Source: Raja brachyura (Eukaryota). From it: a stretch of DNA of 64,000 nt. The DNA is taken from assembly GCA_963514005.1 (NCBI GenBank), contig OY740795.1, forward strand, positions 496,001-560,000, given 5' to 3'. A program made the translations under genes and the position numbers. The notes under the pieces were generated by a model. That model had not been told where the DNA came from and ran no database searches. It was given only the letters and a program-made list of their open reading frames with translations. Below are positions 52,801-64,000 of this stretch, one piece after another. How positions within the stretch are numbered: position 1 is the stretch's first letter; every line of letters starts with the position of its first letter.

Positions 52801-55800
52801 ATAGCAATGTTACAACATTTTGAGATTTTAAAAATCAAGTCTGCAATTTATCCAATCAGATAAAGCATAACAATAAGTTTAATTTGACACCTAATTAACT
52901 TTCATATCTTCAGTATTAAAAATAATTATGGCCATTTTCATACTCGGAAATTTTGCTTCTTGTTCCCTATTGCTTTTCCATTAACTCAAAAGCTGTGATT
53001 ACGGACAGTCAAAAGCCCAAAACTTTCTTGAAAATTAGGAGAACTGTAAGATATTTTATGTTATTATAGATTGAAGCATTCGGAAACAAATATGAAAGAA
53101 TCTTGCTTGGATGACCTGAAATTAAAGCATGTAATTGGTTAGTTACCCAATTGTAGCTAAGTACAAAATTCAGTTACTAGATCTAAACATCTATCTATTC
53201 CTTAAGAAAAGATTAACATTTTTAAATAGCCTAAATGTCCAAATAACAATCACACAAGAATTCACAATATAACATGATTTTTAAATCTCATTGTCATTAA
53301 GTTATAGGCCAAATGGAAGGAATTTAGTGTTTAATTCCCGTAAATTAATCGCCATTTAAATCATCTTGCAAGTGGGTTTTTGTGGAAAGCGATCGTTTGT
53401 GACATTGCGGTTGCGGTGAGTTTAAACCCGATATCGGCAGGCAAAATACTGCCGGTTCGTATGGGGAATAATTCACCGTTTCGCAACGTAAAATGTGGAA
53501 TAAACGCATCTTAAAAAGCACTTTTATTCATAAAATAAACGGCTTTCCTTTACGTGAAATCCGTCCCGGGTGTCGGCGTTCACGGCTTTAGAATGATTTT
53601 TAATTTACTCCAGCGCTGAACTTGTCGTGCGATTAAAAACAATATTCACATAACGGCAGTCGGAACAATTCTTCAGCAAAAGCTTGCACTCCGAGTAAAT
53701 AAATTTAGGACAGGTAGGAGAAACACGTCCAGTGGCAGAACTACAGCGCCGCTGAAGGTAAGTTGTGTAACTTACCTGCATGGAAAAATCACTGACACAG
53801 ATTGTCCCTATCCTCGAACTCTTCCTCCTGTACCCATTCAGAACTCATGACCTCATTATCAACAAAGTTAGACCTTACGATCAAATTCACCGGGTCCATA
53901 TCAGACACATACCTCCCCTTTGTTGATCTCACAGTCTCCATCGCAGGAGATAGACTATCGACTGGCGGAAAATACAAATCTACGGACTACCACAGCTATC
54001 GGGCCTACATCTCTTCCAACCTTGCCTCCTGCAAATACTCAATGTCCTACTCCCAAGTTCATCCGTCCCCGCGCAACTGCTCCCAAGCTCAGTTATTCCA
54101 TACCAGGATATCCGAGATCTTCATTCTTTAGGGAGCGGGTATTCCCCACTTCTATCATAGACCAGGCCCTCACACGTGTCTACACTGTATTCAGTAGGTC
54201 CACCATTGCTCCAGCTTCACCAGTCGAAACAAGGAGTTTGGTGAGATTGTAACCCATCGGCCAACGTTAGTTATAGCCACTGAGCATTGTGCACTCCTGA
54301 GTAATCCTGCGAATTTCGCAGTAATTAATACAGGAGGCCTATGGATATATATCCAACTCGAGATTGTTCGTACATTTGACTGTAACTGGCAGATATTGGC
54401 ACCCCAAGACGTTTTCAACCAATGTGTTCCAAGGTGGGATCAAGCGGAATATTGAACTAAAAGTTTATGATACTCAGGTGAGGTTTCATGAAATAGAAAA
54501 CTGCTCAACGAATTGCTGTATAATGATTCGTCGCACTGAATGATTTGCAAAACGAGCAAAAGAGAGAGTTTAACATTCATGTGACATTTGACTTGCAGCG
54601 GCTCCATCCGCCCCCAGCCCCTTCATTCTCTTCAACTGCGAGGATCACGGCTCCAGTGGTTCGTTCACCTACGGTTGCTTGGCGTTAGGCTATTCCCCTG
54701 CGGGCGCCAGTGTTTATTGGAAGAAAGATGACAAACAACTGACCACCGGAGTGAAGGACTACCCGGCAGTTTTCAAGAAGATGGGGACTTACACCCGAAG
54801 CAGCGAGTTAACCATCACCGAGGCGGACGCAGGGCGAGGCGACATCTTCTGCGTGGTTCAGCACGACCAAAAAGAGTATAACGTGAAAGTACCAGGTTCG
54901 TGTTGGGGTGCACCGCGAGGCCGAGGGGGGAGTTGAGGGTCAAGAGTCAAGAGTGTTTTATTGTCATATGCCGCCGATAGAACAATGATTTTTTTTCTGC
55001 TTGCTGAAGCGCAACAGAATATGTAATCATAATAAACAATATGATAAACGAGAGAGAGAGGAAAAAAAGTTCAGCATGTACATATGTTTATTTATATATA
55101 CCTTATGATGTTGTAGTGTTTAATAGCCTGATGGTGGTCGGTAAGAAGCTGCTCCTTAACCTGGAAGTTACAGTTATCAGTCTCATGTACCTTCTTCCCG
55201 ATGGCAATAGTGAGATAAGTGTGTGGCTTGGATGGTGTTGATCTCTGCTGATGTTGGCTGCCTTTTTGAGGCAGCAACTCCGATACATCTCTGTAGTGAA
55301 GGAGGGGTCGGAGGGGGGGGGGGGGTAGTCACAGCCGGTTATGACTGGGCACTACTCACAACTTTTTGCAGTCTTTTCGATCGTGGATGTTCAAGTTGCT
55401 GAAGCTAGGCCATGATGCAATTCATATAATTCGCGGGATTTGACAATTGAAGATAAGTACTTGACTTAATGTGCCCTGTTCGGTTTTATTCTTCATGTCA
55501 TACTGAGCTCCACGATCCACCTAGTCAAAGACAGACATTTCATGTCCATATAATTCGCGAGGAACTGATCTATTAATAGATAAGAATACATTTAAACTCG
55601 CGAACAATCGGAGCGGCTGAGTGCATCATGTTAAGAAACATAGAAACATAGAAACATAGAAATTAGGTGCAGGAGTAGCCCATTCGGCCCTTCGAGCCTG
55701 CACCGCCATTCAATATGATCATGGCTGATCATCCAACTCAGTATCCCGTATCTGCCTTCTCTCCATACCCTCTCATCCCCTTAGCCACAAGGGCCACATC

Positions 55801-58800
55801 TAACTTCCTCTTAAATATAGCCAATGACCTGGCCTCAACTACCCTCTGTGGCAGAGAGTTCCAGAGACCCACCACTCTCTGTGTGAAAAAAAATCCTTCT
55901 CATCTCGGTCCTAAAGGATTTCCCCCTTATCCTTAAGCTGTGACCCCTTGTCCTGGACCTCCCCAACATCGGGAACAATCTTCCTGCATCTAGCCTGACC
56001 AAACCTTAAGAATTGTGTAAGTTTCTAGAAGATCCCCTCTCAATCTCCTAAATTCTAGAGAGTATAAACTGAGTCTATGCAGTCTTTGTTCATAAGACAG
56101 TCCTGACATCCCAGGAATCAATCTGGTGAACTTTCTCTGCACTCCCTCTATGGCAATAATGTCCTTCCTCAGATTTGGAGACCAGAACTGTACGCAATAC
56201 TCCAGGTGTTGCCTCACCAAGACCCTATACAACTGAAGTAGGACATCCCTGCTCCTATACTCAAATCCTTTTGCTATGAAAGCTAACATACCATTCGCTT
56301 TCTTCACTGCCTGCTGTACCTGCATACCTACTTTCAATGACTGGTGTATCATGACACCCAGGTCGCGCTGCATCTCCCCTTTTCCTAATCTGCCTCCATT
56401 TAGATAATAGTCTGTTTTCCTTTTTTTTGCCACCAAAGTGGATAACCTCACATTTATCCACATTATACTGCCAAACATTTGCCCACTCACCCAGCCTATC
56501 CAAGTCACCTTTGCAGTCTCCTAGCATCCTCCTCACAGCTAACACTGCCCCCCAGCTTAGTGTCATCCGCAAACTTGGAGATATTGCCTTCAATTTCCTC
56601 ATCCAGATCATGTATGTATATTGTAATTAGCTGGGGTCCCAACACTGAGCCTTGCGGTACCCCACTAGTCACTGCCTGCCATTGTGAAAAGGACCCGTTT
56701 AATCCTACTCTTTGCTTCCTGTTTGCCAGCCAGTTCTCTATCCACATCAATAATGAACCCCCAATGCCGTATGCTTTAAGTGTATATACTAATCTCTTAT
56801 GTGGGACCTTGTCGAAAGCCTTCTGGAAGTCCAGATACACCACATCCACTGGTTCTCCCCTATCCACGCTACTAGTTACATCCTCGAAAAATTCTATCAG
56901 ATTCGTCAGACATGATTTAACTTTCGTAAATCCATGCTGACTATGTCCAATGATTTCACCACTTTCCAAATGTGCTGCTATCCCATCTTTAATAACTGAC
57001 TCTAGCAGTTTCCCCACTACCGATGTTAGACTAGCTGGTCTGTAATTCCCCGTTTTCTCTCTCCCCCCCTTCTTAAAAAGAGGGGTTACGTTTGCTACCC
57101 GCCAATCCTCAGGAACTACTCCAGAATCTAAAGAGTTTTGAAAGATTATCACTAATGCATCCAATATTTCCGGAGCTACTTCCTTAAGTACTCTGGGATG
57201 CAGCTTATATGGCCCTGGGGATTTATCGGCCTTTAATCCATTCAATTCACCCAACACCACTTCCCGACTAACCTGTATTTCACTCAAGTACTCCTTTGAC
57301 CCGCGGTCTCCTGCAGATTATTTATGTCTTCCTTAGTGAAGACGGAACCAAAGTAGTTATTCAATTGGTCCGCCATATCCTTGTTCCCCATGATCAACTC
57401 ACCTGTTTCTGACTGCAAGGGACCTACATTTGTTTTAACTAATCTCTTTCTCTTCACATATCTATAAAAAACGTTTGCAGTCAGTTTTTATGTTCCCTGC
57501 CAGTTTTCTTTCATAATCTATTTTTCCTTTCCTAATCAAGCCCATTGTCCTTCTCTGCTGGTCTCTGAATTTCTCCCAGTCCTCTGGTATGCTGCGTTTT
57601 CTGGCTACTTTATACGCATCATCCTTTGCTTTGATACTATCCCTGATTTCCCTTGTTATCCACGGATGCACTACCTTCCTTGATTTATTATTTTGCTAAA
57701 TTGGGATGAACAATTTTTGTAGTTCATCCATGCAGTCTTTAAATGTCTTCCATTGCGTATCCACCGGCAAACCTTTTAGAATTGATTGCCAGTCAATCTT
57801 GGCCAATTCACGTCTCATACCCTCAAAGTTACCTTTCCTTAAATTCAGAACCATTGTTTCTGATTTAACAATGTCACTCTCCATCCTAATGAAGAACTCG
57901 ACCATATTATGGTCACTCTTGCCCAAGGGGGCACGCACAATAAGACTGCTAACTAACCCTTCCTCATTACTCAATACCCAGTCTAAAATAGTCTGCTCTC
58001 TCGTTGGTTCCTCTACATGTTGATTTAGATAACTATATCGCATACTTTCCAAAAAATCCTCTTCCTCAGCGCCCCTGCCAATTTGATTCACCCAATCTAT
58101 ATGTAGATTTAAGTCACCCATTATAACTGTTTTGCCTTTGTCGCACGCATTTCTAATTTCCTGTTTGATACCATCCCCAACTTCACTACTACTGTTAGGT
58201 GGCATGTACACAACTCCCACTAGCGTTTTCTGCCCCTTAGTGTTTCGCAGCTCTACCCATACCGATTCCACATGCTCCAAGCTAATGTCCTTCCTTTCCA
58301 TTGCGTTAATCTCCTCTCTAACCAGCAACGCCCACCCCACCTCCTTTTCGTTTCTCTCTATCCCTCCTGAATATTGAATATCCCTGGATGTTCAGCTCCC
58401 AGCCTTGGTCACCCTGGAGCCATGTGTCCGTGATCCCAACTATATCATACTCATTAATAGCTATCTGCACGTTCAACTCATCCACCTTATTACGAACATT
58501 ATCAAGAGTATTTAAACCACAGCCGCAGTCATAGAGGACAAAAGCAGAACAGTCGGCCAATTACATCCCAGCTCCAACGACTTACCGAGCTATAATTTCC
58601 CCATTTACGAGCACTCCATGCGCCATGACAAAGAAATCATTTGGCAGCACCTCGGCAAGTCCAAGTGAGTGGACGGCTACTATTAATCAGAAAAATATAT
58701 ATATTTTAAAAATATTGGGTGTCATTATTAATCGACGATTGTCCACGAATAATTCCAATGCAGTTTATGTCCTTTAAGAACGCCTGGTACTTCATCCAAC

Positions 58801-61800
58801 CGTCACCATTACCATGACTTCCCTTGATGAAATCAAGCGCAGCAGAAAAGCGATCGCCGTGTGTTTAGTCAACGATTTCACTCCAGCCACATTTACTGTG
58901 AACTGGCTGAAGAATGGAAAGCGATTGGATTCTGGCATCGTCACGTCTCCCGCCTTCCAGGTGAACGGTAACGGCAACTTCTCGGCGACCAGCCATTTGA
59001 CGTTCCCAGCTCGAGAGTGGTTCGGTGGATCCGTCTATACCTGCCAAGTCAACCATCAAAAAGATTTGAAAAGCCAAAACATCAGTAGGTCTCCAGGTAA
59101 GAATACATATGTGGTATGCTTCGGGTATTAGTGTAAACATTAGTGCCCACGGTGGGAGAACTTCACAGACATTGTGAAAACCTTTGTGTCGGAAGGAAGT
59201 GCAGATGCTGGTTTGCACCGAAAGTCGGAAGAAGACACATAATTCCAGAGTAACAGCGGGTTAGGCATCTGCAGAGAAAAAGAATAAGTGACGATTCGGA
59301 TCCAGACTCTTCTTCCGACTTTGAATCAGAGTAGAGGAAAACTGGAGGTATGAGAATGAACAAACCAACAAATGAATGAAAGATATGAAAAGAACAAATC
59401 AAATCCAGCGACGATGAACAAGGAAAGGCCGACGCCACAATGGTTCATTGTTGCACTGGAAATGGTGATAACGAGTAGATAGACACAAGAAGCGAAACGA
59501 AACAAGACTACAGTGAAGCTAGTAGAATGACAAGGGTGGGAGGTGGACGGAGATAGATGGAATGCAAGGGTTACTTGAAATTAGAGAAAGCAATAACGAT
59601 ACCGCGGAGTTTTAAGTTGCCGAAGCGAAATATGAGGGGTTTTTCCTCCAGTTTACGTTTAGCTTCATTCCCATAGTGGAGAAAGCCCAGGACAAAAAGT
59701 ACACGTGGGGATGAGATGGGGTTGTGATGTGTTTGGCAAGCTGGTGATCGCAAAGATCAAGGCGGAGAGAGTGAAGTTATTCAGCGATACGACCGCCACA
59801 GTCGGCACGTTGTTTCACCGATGTACAGGAACCCACATCTGGAACAGCGCATACAGTGGTTGGTGGTGGTGCAAATGGACCTCTGCCCCATCTGAAAGGA
59901 CCGTCAGGGTCCATGCATGATGTCGAGTGAGGAGGTATCTGGATAATTGTTGCGTCCCCTGCTGTTGCAAGGAGTTGGATGGATGCTGCAGTTGGAGGTG
60001 GCGAAAATTTCGTAGGGTGATGTGCTGTCTGCGATGGCTGACAGGGTGAAAGGCGAGGACTATGGCGACTCCGTCCCTGTTGAGACGAGGGGACGGGGGA
60101 TGGGAGAAAGGGAGGCGAGGAAGGACGAGACGTGTCGCCCAGCAAGCTGTTTTATATCCGTAGGTTTGTATTAGACGTTTGACGATAGCATCTCCTGTTA
60201 TTGAGACGGTGAGATCAACAAAGTAGAGAGAGGTCGGAGATTGTCCAAGTGAATTTGCGTGCAGGGTGGAAATTGGAAATGATGATAATGATGTCCGTGA
60301 GTTCTGCATTGGTGCAGGAAGTAGCCCTTTTGGGTTCGGCAATGTAGCGGGGAAAGAGGCAGCCATAGCTGGGGCCAATACGAGCCCATGGGCTCATGCC
60401 TGCGCCTTTGATTAGGAGGAATTGGAAGGATTCTAATGAGACGTTGATGTGAGTGAGGATCAGATCCGTTAAGCGGATTAGAGTGTTAGTAGAGGGAAAT
60501 TGGCTGGGTCTGCTGTCCAAGAAGAAACGTCGGACATTAAGTCCTCCCTGGCGAGGCATGGAGGTTTAGAGTGACTGAACGTCCATAGTAAACTTGATGG
60601 CACTGGGGGCTGGAGTACGGAAGTAATTGAAGAGAAGAAGGACGTGTGAGTGTATTGAACATAGGTCGGGACGGATTGGATCTGACGAAATAAGATGGAG
60701 TCGCGGTGCATGGAAATTATTTCAGTTGGACAGTAATTGGCAGAAGCAATTAATGGATTTTGCTGAGCAGGTGATACCACGCATGCGGGCCGATGAACGA
60801 TAAGTAACGGTGGCTTTGGTGGGCAGACAGCCGGAAGTGATAAAATTAGAGATGGTCTGCTTGATAATGGAGAAGTCATGGTCCACGGTTAAGTAGGATC
60901 ATGGTCCACTGTTGGGATCTGGCCTCAGTCGGTAGAGGACAGACGCCAGACTACCAAGGCACCTCCCGGATTGATGCTAATGTCAGAGTGCTGTAGAGTG
61001 AGCGTGGGTAAGGGGACTGGAACATTTAAAACGGCCGATGTGACGTCAGAAGTTGGAAAATGTCCAGGAGGGTACAAGGCCGTCCAGTAAAGTCCAAGAG
61101 GAGGAAGCAGGTGGAGAAGGTATAAGTGGGTCATCACTGGTAAAGAGGCGGATATCCTTGTTTTTTTAATTAATTTGTACCTTTTAACAAGTACCACACC
61201 CCCCCCCCCCCCGAATCACAGTCTGAAAAAGCGTGTCGCTCCGAAACGTCAAATATTCATTTTCTGCAAAGATGGTGCCTGACCTTGCAGAGTTACCATG
61301 CTCCAGTATTGTGTGCATATCGTGGTTTAGCCATGATACGATCTCTCATTTAATTCATTGTGTTATTCTCTGCATAGAGGCAAAAGTCAGTTCAAGACGA
61401 TTTAGTACCACAGTTCCTAGAATCACTATGCTTAGGGGTCATGTACACATTAACATTTTGGAGGCGGATGATTGGTGTTAAAATTCGATCCCGGTTGCAC
61501 CAGGAAATGATTATGTGCACATTAATTATATTGCCACAGATGATAGTTTCTGCGGCGAACCAAAGATTACAATCCTTCCACCACCTGTTGAACAAGAGTT
61601 AATGGAGATGACCGTGACGTTAACCTGTCTGGTATCGGATGCACCTTATGGTATCAAAGTATCTTGGAAACGCATTCAGGTGCCTTTGGAATCAGAGATG
61701 CAGTCCATAGATTATGCAGATATCGTAGAGAGCAAAGTGAACATTTCGACTCCTGACTGGCTGAGTGGGGATGATTTCGAATGCGTGGCGACCCATGAGG

Positions 61801-63620
61801 ATATGCCGTCTCCAAAAAGTGAAATAATCAACTGGAAGAAAGGTGAGCCGGGGAAGCTGCAGAGAGTGACAGAGGTGACTGATGCAGTTTCCTTCTGAGA
61901 TAGACAATAGACAATGGGTGATAGGTGGGCCAATCGGCCCTTCGAGCCAGCACCGCCATTCAACGTGATCATGGCTGATCAAACTAAAATTAATGATTGA
62001 GTTCATTCCTCCGGTGAAGCAACATCTATGCAAAAGTAAATAGTGCAAAGACTTCACTGAGTCCTTGGGCACTTCGAGAGAATACGAGATGACTTTGCAG
62101 TGCATATGACGTGCGGACAGGTTATTGGAACCATCCATAACAATTCGCGGCCAGAGTCAACGTGCGGATGCGTTGTCTCTGGTCTATGGTACAACGTGGG
62201 TATTTAGAGCATTGCAGAGGGTTTTTTTTAATGCACAGTTGTAAATTGCAGGAATGTGGGGTTGCCTACCAAATTACGACGTGGGGATGGAAAGAGCAAA
62301 TCGCAGGTACTCTCACTTGCAGCAGAAATGTCCGCTTCTGAGCTAGGCACGTGAAAGGGGTTAATGGAACTTAAAAAAAAGTAACCTTCAGATGCCGTAC
62401 ATCGGAAATGTAAATCCCTTAATGTAAATAATTTAATATTGACTCCGATGGTCTGCATCTACACAGACAGTCGGAGGAATGCCATTCTGAAAGCTTGCCA
62501 TAGGGCTTTGGAAAAAAGGGGAGGAAGTCACAGACAAATATCCTCGAAGTGTTTTTTTTTTGCATTTTGCTTGTATTATCCAGCTCAAAATGCCCATTTC
62601 GAAATTCCCTTTCCCCTCTCAACTCCCTCCAACATCATCTCTGTAACTTAAGAATTAGCCATTTTTCCCACGTCATGCAAAATCACCTCTTATTGTCTCT
62701 TTGCGTACACACTGCCTGACGTGCGCATTGTTTCCTGCGATCCTTTAATAAGTTTTAGAAATCCATCATTTGCATCGTTTTCGCAAAATACACTACTAAA
62801 AGGATCACTTTGTATGCTAAATATTCTCCGCTGGTATCCACGTACTACTCCGACGATTGTTTGATAAAATCTAATTCGGTTGCTGTTGGGAATTAAATGA
62901 GACAGATGGACCAAGATAGAACGGCATTTGGCAATATATGACAAAAGTAGCAGGGAACAACCATGGTCATCAGAAATAACACGGATCAGAGAGGGCGAAT
63001 GGCTTGATCCTGTCTTGTGAAATGTTTGAAGTTATTCATACAAATCTTCTGCCACGCACAGGAGAGACGCACAGTCAGGTCTATATGCTTGAACAAAGGG
63101 ACAAGTCACAAAAGGGAAATGCGATGCCGTAAAGACTGTTGGTTGGCAGTTCACTCACGTACGGATATATTAACTTTTAATCGCTTTAATCTTCTGGTGC
63201 ATTAAAAGTCATTTGAATTGCTCCGTAGCTCAACATCTGCTGACACCGTCCGTCTCAGTCCTTCTGCCGCCGACAGAAGAGATCAACGCTCACAAGACTA
63301 TCACCCTTACCTGCTTTGTGAGAGGATTCTCCCCTCGCAGGATCTTCGTCACGTGGACAGTTGATGACAAGCGGGTGGATGGGAGCAAGTACCGGAACAC
63401 CGAGGTGGTGGCGGATAACGGCAATTACACCTTCTTCACGTACAGCCTATTATCCGTTGGGGCAGAGGAGTGGGCCAGTGGAGCCTCCTTCTCCTGCCTG
63501 GTGGGGCACGAAGCACTACCCATGAAGACCATCATCAGAACGGTCAATAAATCAAGCGGTAAACCCAGTTTTGTGAACGTTTCCCTAGTATTGATGGACA
63601 CCATCAATTCCTGTCAATGA
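49850..63620 (+). CDS. IGHM: Immunoglobulin mu heavy chain, secreted form, pre-joined VDJ; join(49850..49895,50070..50438,54599..54895,58779..59096,61540..61842,63229..63620), 574 aa
   Basis: Six exons of 46+369+297+318+303+392 = 1725 nt. All introns are GT-AG phase 1 and there is no internal stop. The product has a V domain, four C1-set domains and a mu-type secretory tail. Confidence 0.93.
50070..50438 (+). CDS. IGHM: Joined VH-D-JH exon
   Basis: ttgcAG|(R)[10 protein letters not shown]...LTCKTSGF...[32 protein letters not shown]|GTAAGA; no heptamer or nonamer between V and J. Confidence 0.96.
50690..51170 (+). mobile_element. CR1 second-family 3' end in the J-C intron
   Basis: ORF 50656-50964, nearly identical to 3290-3855 with an internal deletion; GTTATATG tail. 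Confidence 0.9.
51461..52780. repeat. Long imperfect inverted repeat (arms about 51461-51700 and 52620-52780), probable old non-autonomous DNA transposon
   Basis: ggaatgttggaaac..ttctctgct..aattata..ccactaatc..aattgaaatcgatggc..ggagggtttga recurs as reverse complement at 52665-52780. Confidence 0.65.
53790..54240 (+). mobile_element. Penelope-like element RT fragment
   Basis: ORF 53802-54131 [37 protein letters not shown], a decayed form of the PLE RT motif LPFLD...YxKPT. Confidence 0.8.
54599..54895 (+). CDS. IGHM: Cmu1 exon
   Basis: ttgcAG|[34 protein letters not shown]...VYWKKD...DIFCVVQH...VKVP|GTTCGT; the extra N-terminal Cys is the expected light-chain partner. Confidence 0.93.
54938..55430 (-). 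mobile_element. Rex1/Babar-clade LINE 3' fragment
   Basis: ORF 55103-55288 (-) [31 protein letters not shown]; gtcaaga repeat tail at about 54940. Confidence 0.8.
55635..58497 (-). mobile_element. CR1-clade LINE, almost complete ORF2 (frameshifted), in the Cmu1-Cmu2 intron
   Basis: Minus ORFs 58318-58560 and 57696-58340 (endonuclease), 56505-57287 and 55990-56508 (RT); (CATAGAAA)n tail. Confidence 0.95.
58779..59096 (+). CDS. IGHM: Cmu2 exon
   Basis: ctttaAG|[12 protein letters not shown]...[18 protein letters not shown]...[14 protein letters not shown]...RSP|GTAAGA. Confidence 0.9.
59190..61330 (-). mobile_element. Degraded Penelope-like retroelement (RT plus GIY-YIG) with inverted terminal pLTR-type repeats, in the Cmu2-Cmu3 intron
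   Basis: Minus-strand remnants [36 protein letters not shown] and [17 protein letters not shown]; related repeats in opposite orientation at about 59195-59325 and 61220-61330. Confidence 0.8.
61540..61842 (+). CDS. IGHM: Cmu3 exon
   Basis: ccacAG|[16 protein letters not shown]...[20 protein letters not shown]...[20 protein letters not shown]...WKK|GTGAGC. Confidence 0.93.
61900..61980 (-). mobile_element. Short CR1 3'-tail fragment
   Basis: tagacaatagacaat tail plus cggcccttcgagccagcaccgccattca. Confidence 0.75.
63229..63620 (+). CDS. IGHM: Cmu4 exon with secretory tailpiece
   Basis: ccgtAG|[15 protein letters not shown]...[11 protein letters not shown]...[11 protein letters not shown]...[24 protein letters not shown]; NVS sequon and penultimate Cys; internal donor G|GTAAAC at 63558/63559 for the membrane form. 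Confidence 0.96.
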
Positions 63621-63647
63621 GAATGAATTAGTTGCATTTTGCTCTGA

Positions 63648-63663
63648 AATAAATACGAATAAA
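63648..63663 (+). terminator. Tandem polyadenylation signals for the secreted mu mRNA
   Basis: AATAAA at 63648-63653 and 63658-63663, about 30-40 nt after the stop. Confidence 0.8.
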
Positions 63664-64000
63664 TACATTTCATTTCCTATCTTGAGCTGCACACCTGGCC
63701 ACCCAATTAATTATATAGATAATCATGCCAAAACGATGACTATATATTAACGTTAATACTGGAAAATCTTGGCGACAATTCACGGACACTGATGCAGTAA
63801 CATTGAGATTTTAGAGATAAATCACAGGTCCATCACTTTACGAATCGCGGACACATTTCAACATTATTACTCTTGCTGGGGAGATATGGGTCCATGTCTT
63901 TGGATTTCTGTTTCCCTCGTTCTCCTGTTTCCAATCCAATCAGATCTGAGGCAGGATCTCAGACGTTGCGCTTTGTAGGGCCTGCCGCTCCGTGAAAAAA

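Noticed and set aside
53375-53415. Perfect RSS nonamer GGTTTTTGT suggesting an unrearranged J segment
   Set aside because: No CACTGTG at 12 or 23 nt spacing and no WGxG coding segment follows; it lies in a repeat-like AT-rich block.
54599-63620. Alternative isotype calls IgW or IgNAR
   Set aside because: Four C domains, a Cmu1 with light-chain Cys, a conventional VH and a mu-type tailpiece fit IgM.

Overview
This is vertebrate genomic DNA, almost certainly from a cartilaginous fish; the Ig sequences and repeat families suggest a skate or ray (inference). About 70-80% is nested retroelement debris: several CR1-clade LINE families with (TTTCTATG)n or (GTTATATG)n tails, one L2, Rex1/Babar fragments, Penelope-like elements, HE1-type SINEs and one Tc1 end. 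There are three assembly gaps and a tandem segmental duplication (about 19-26 kb vs about 27-37 kb). The main gene is a complete, in-frame immunoglobulin mu heavy-chain cluster on the + strand (49850-63620). It has a leader exon, one already-joined VDJ exon with no RSS or intervening DNA (germline-joined type), and Cmu1-Cmu4 with a secretory tail, giving a predicted 574-aa secreted chain; any TM exons would lie beyond the window. At the far left (131-679), missed by the ORF track, is a degenerate C1-set domain followed by a Cys-containing 60-nt exon. Together they resemble a TCR-delta constant-region pseudogene, in the same orientation about 49 kb upstream of the IgM gene. Exon boundaries were worked out by hand; repeat boundaries are approximate.
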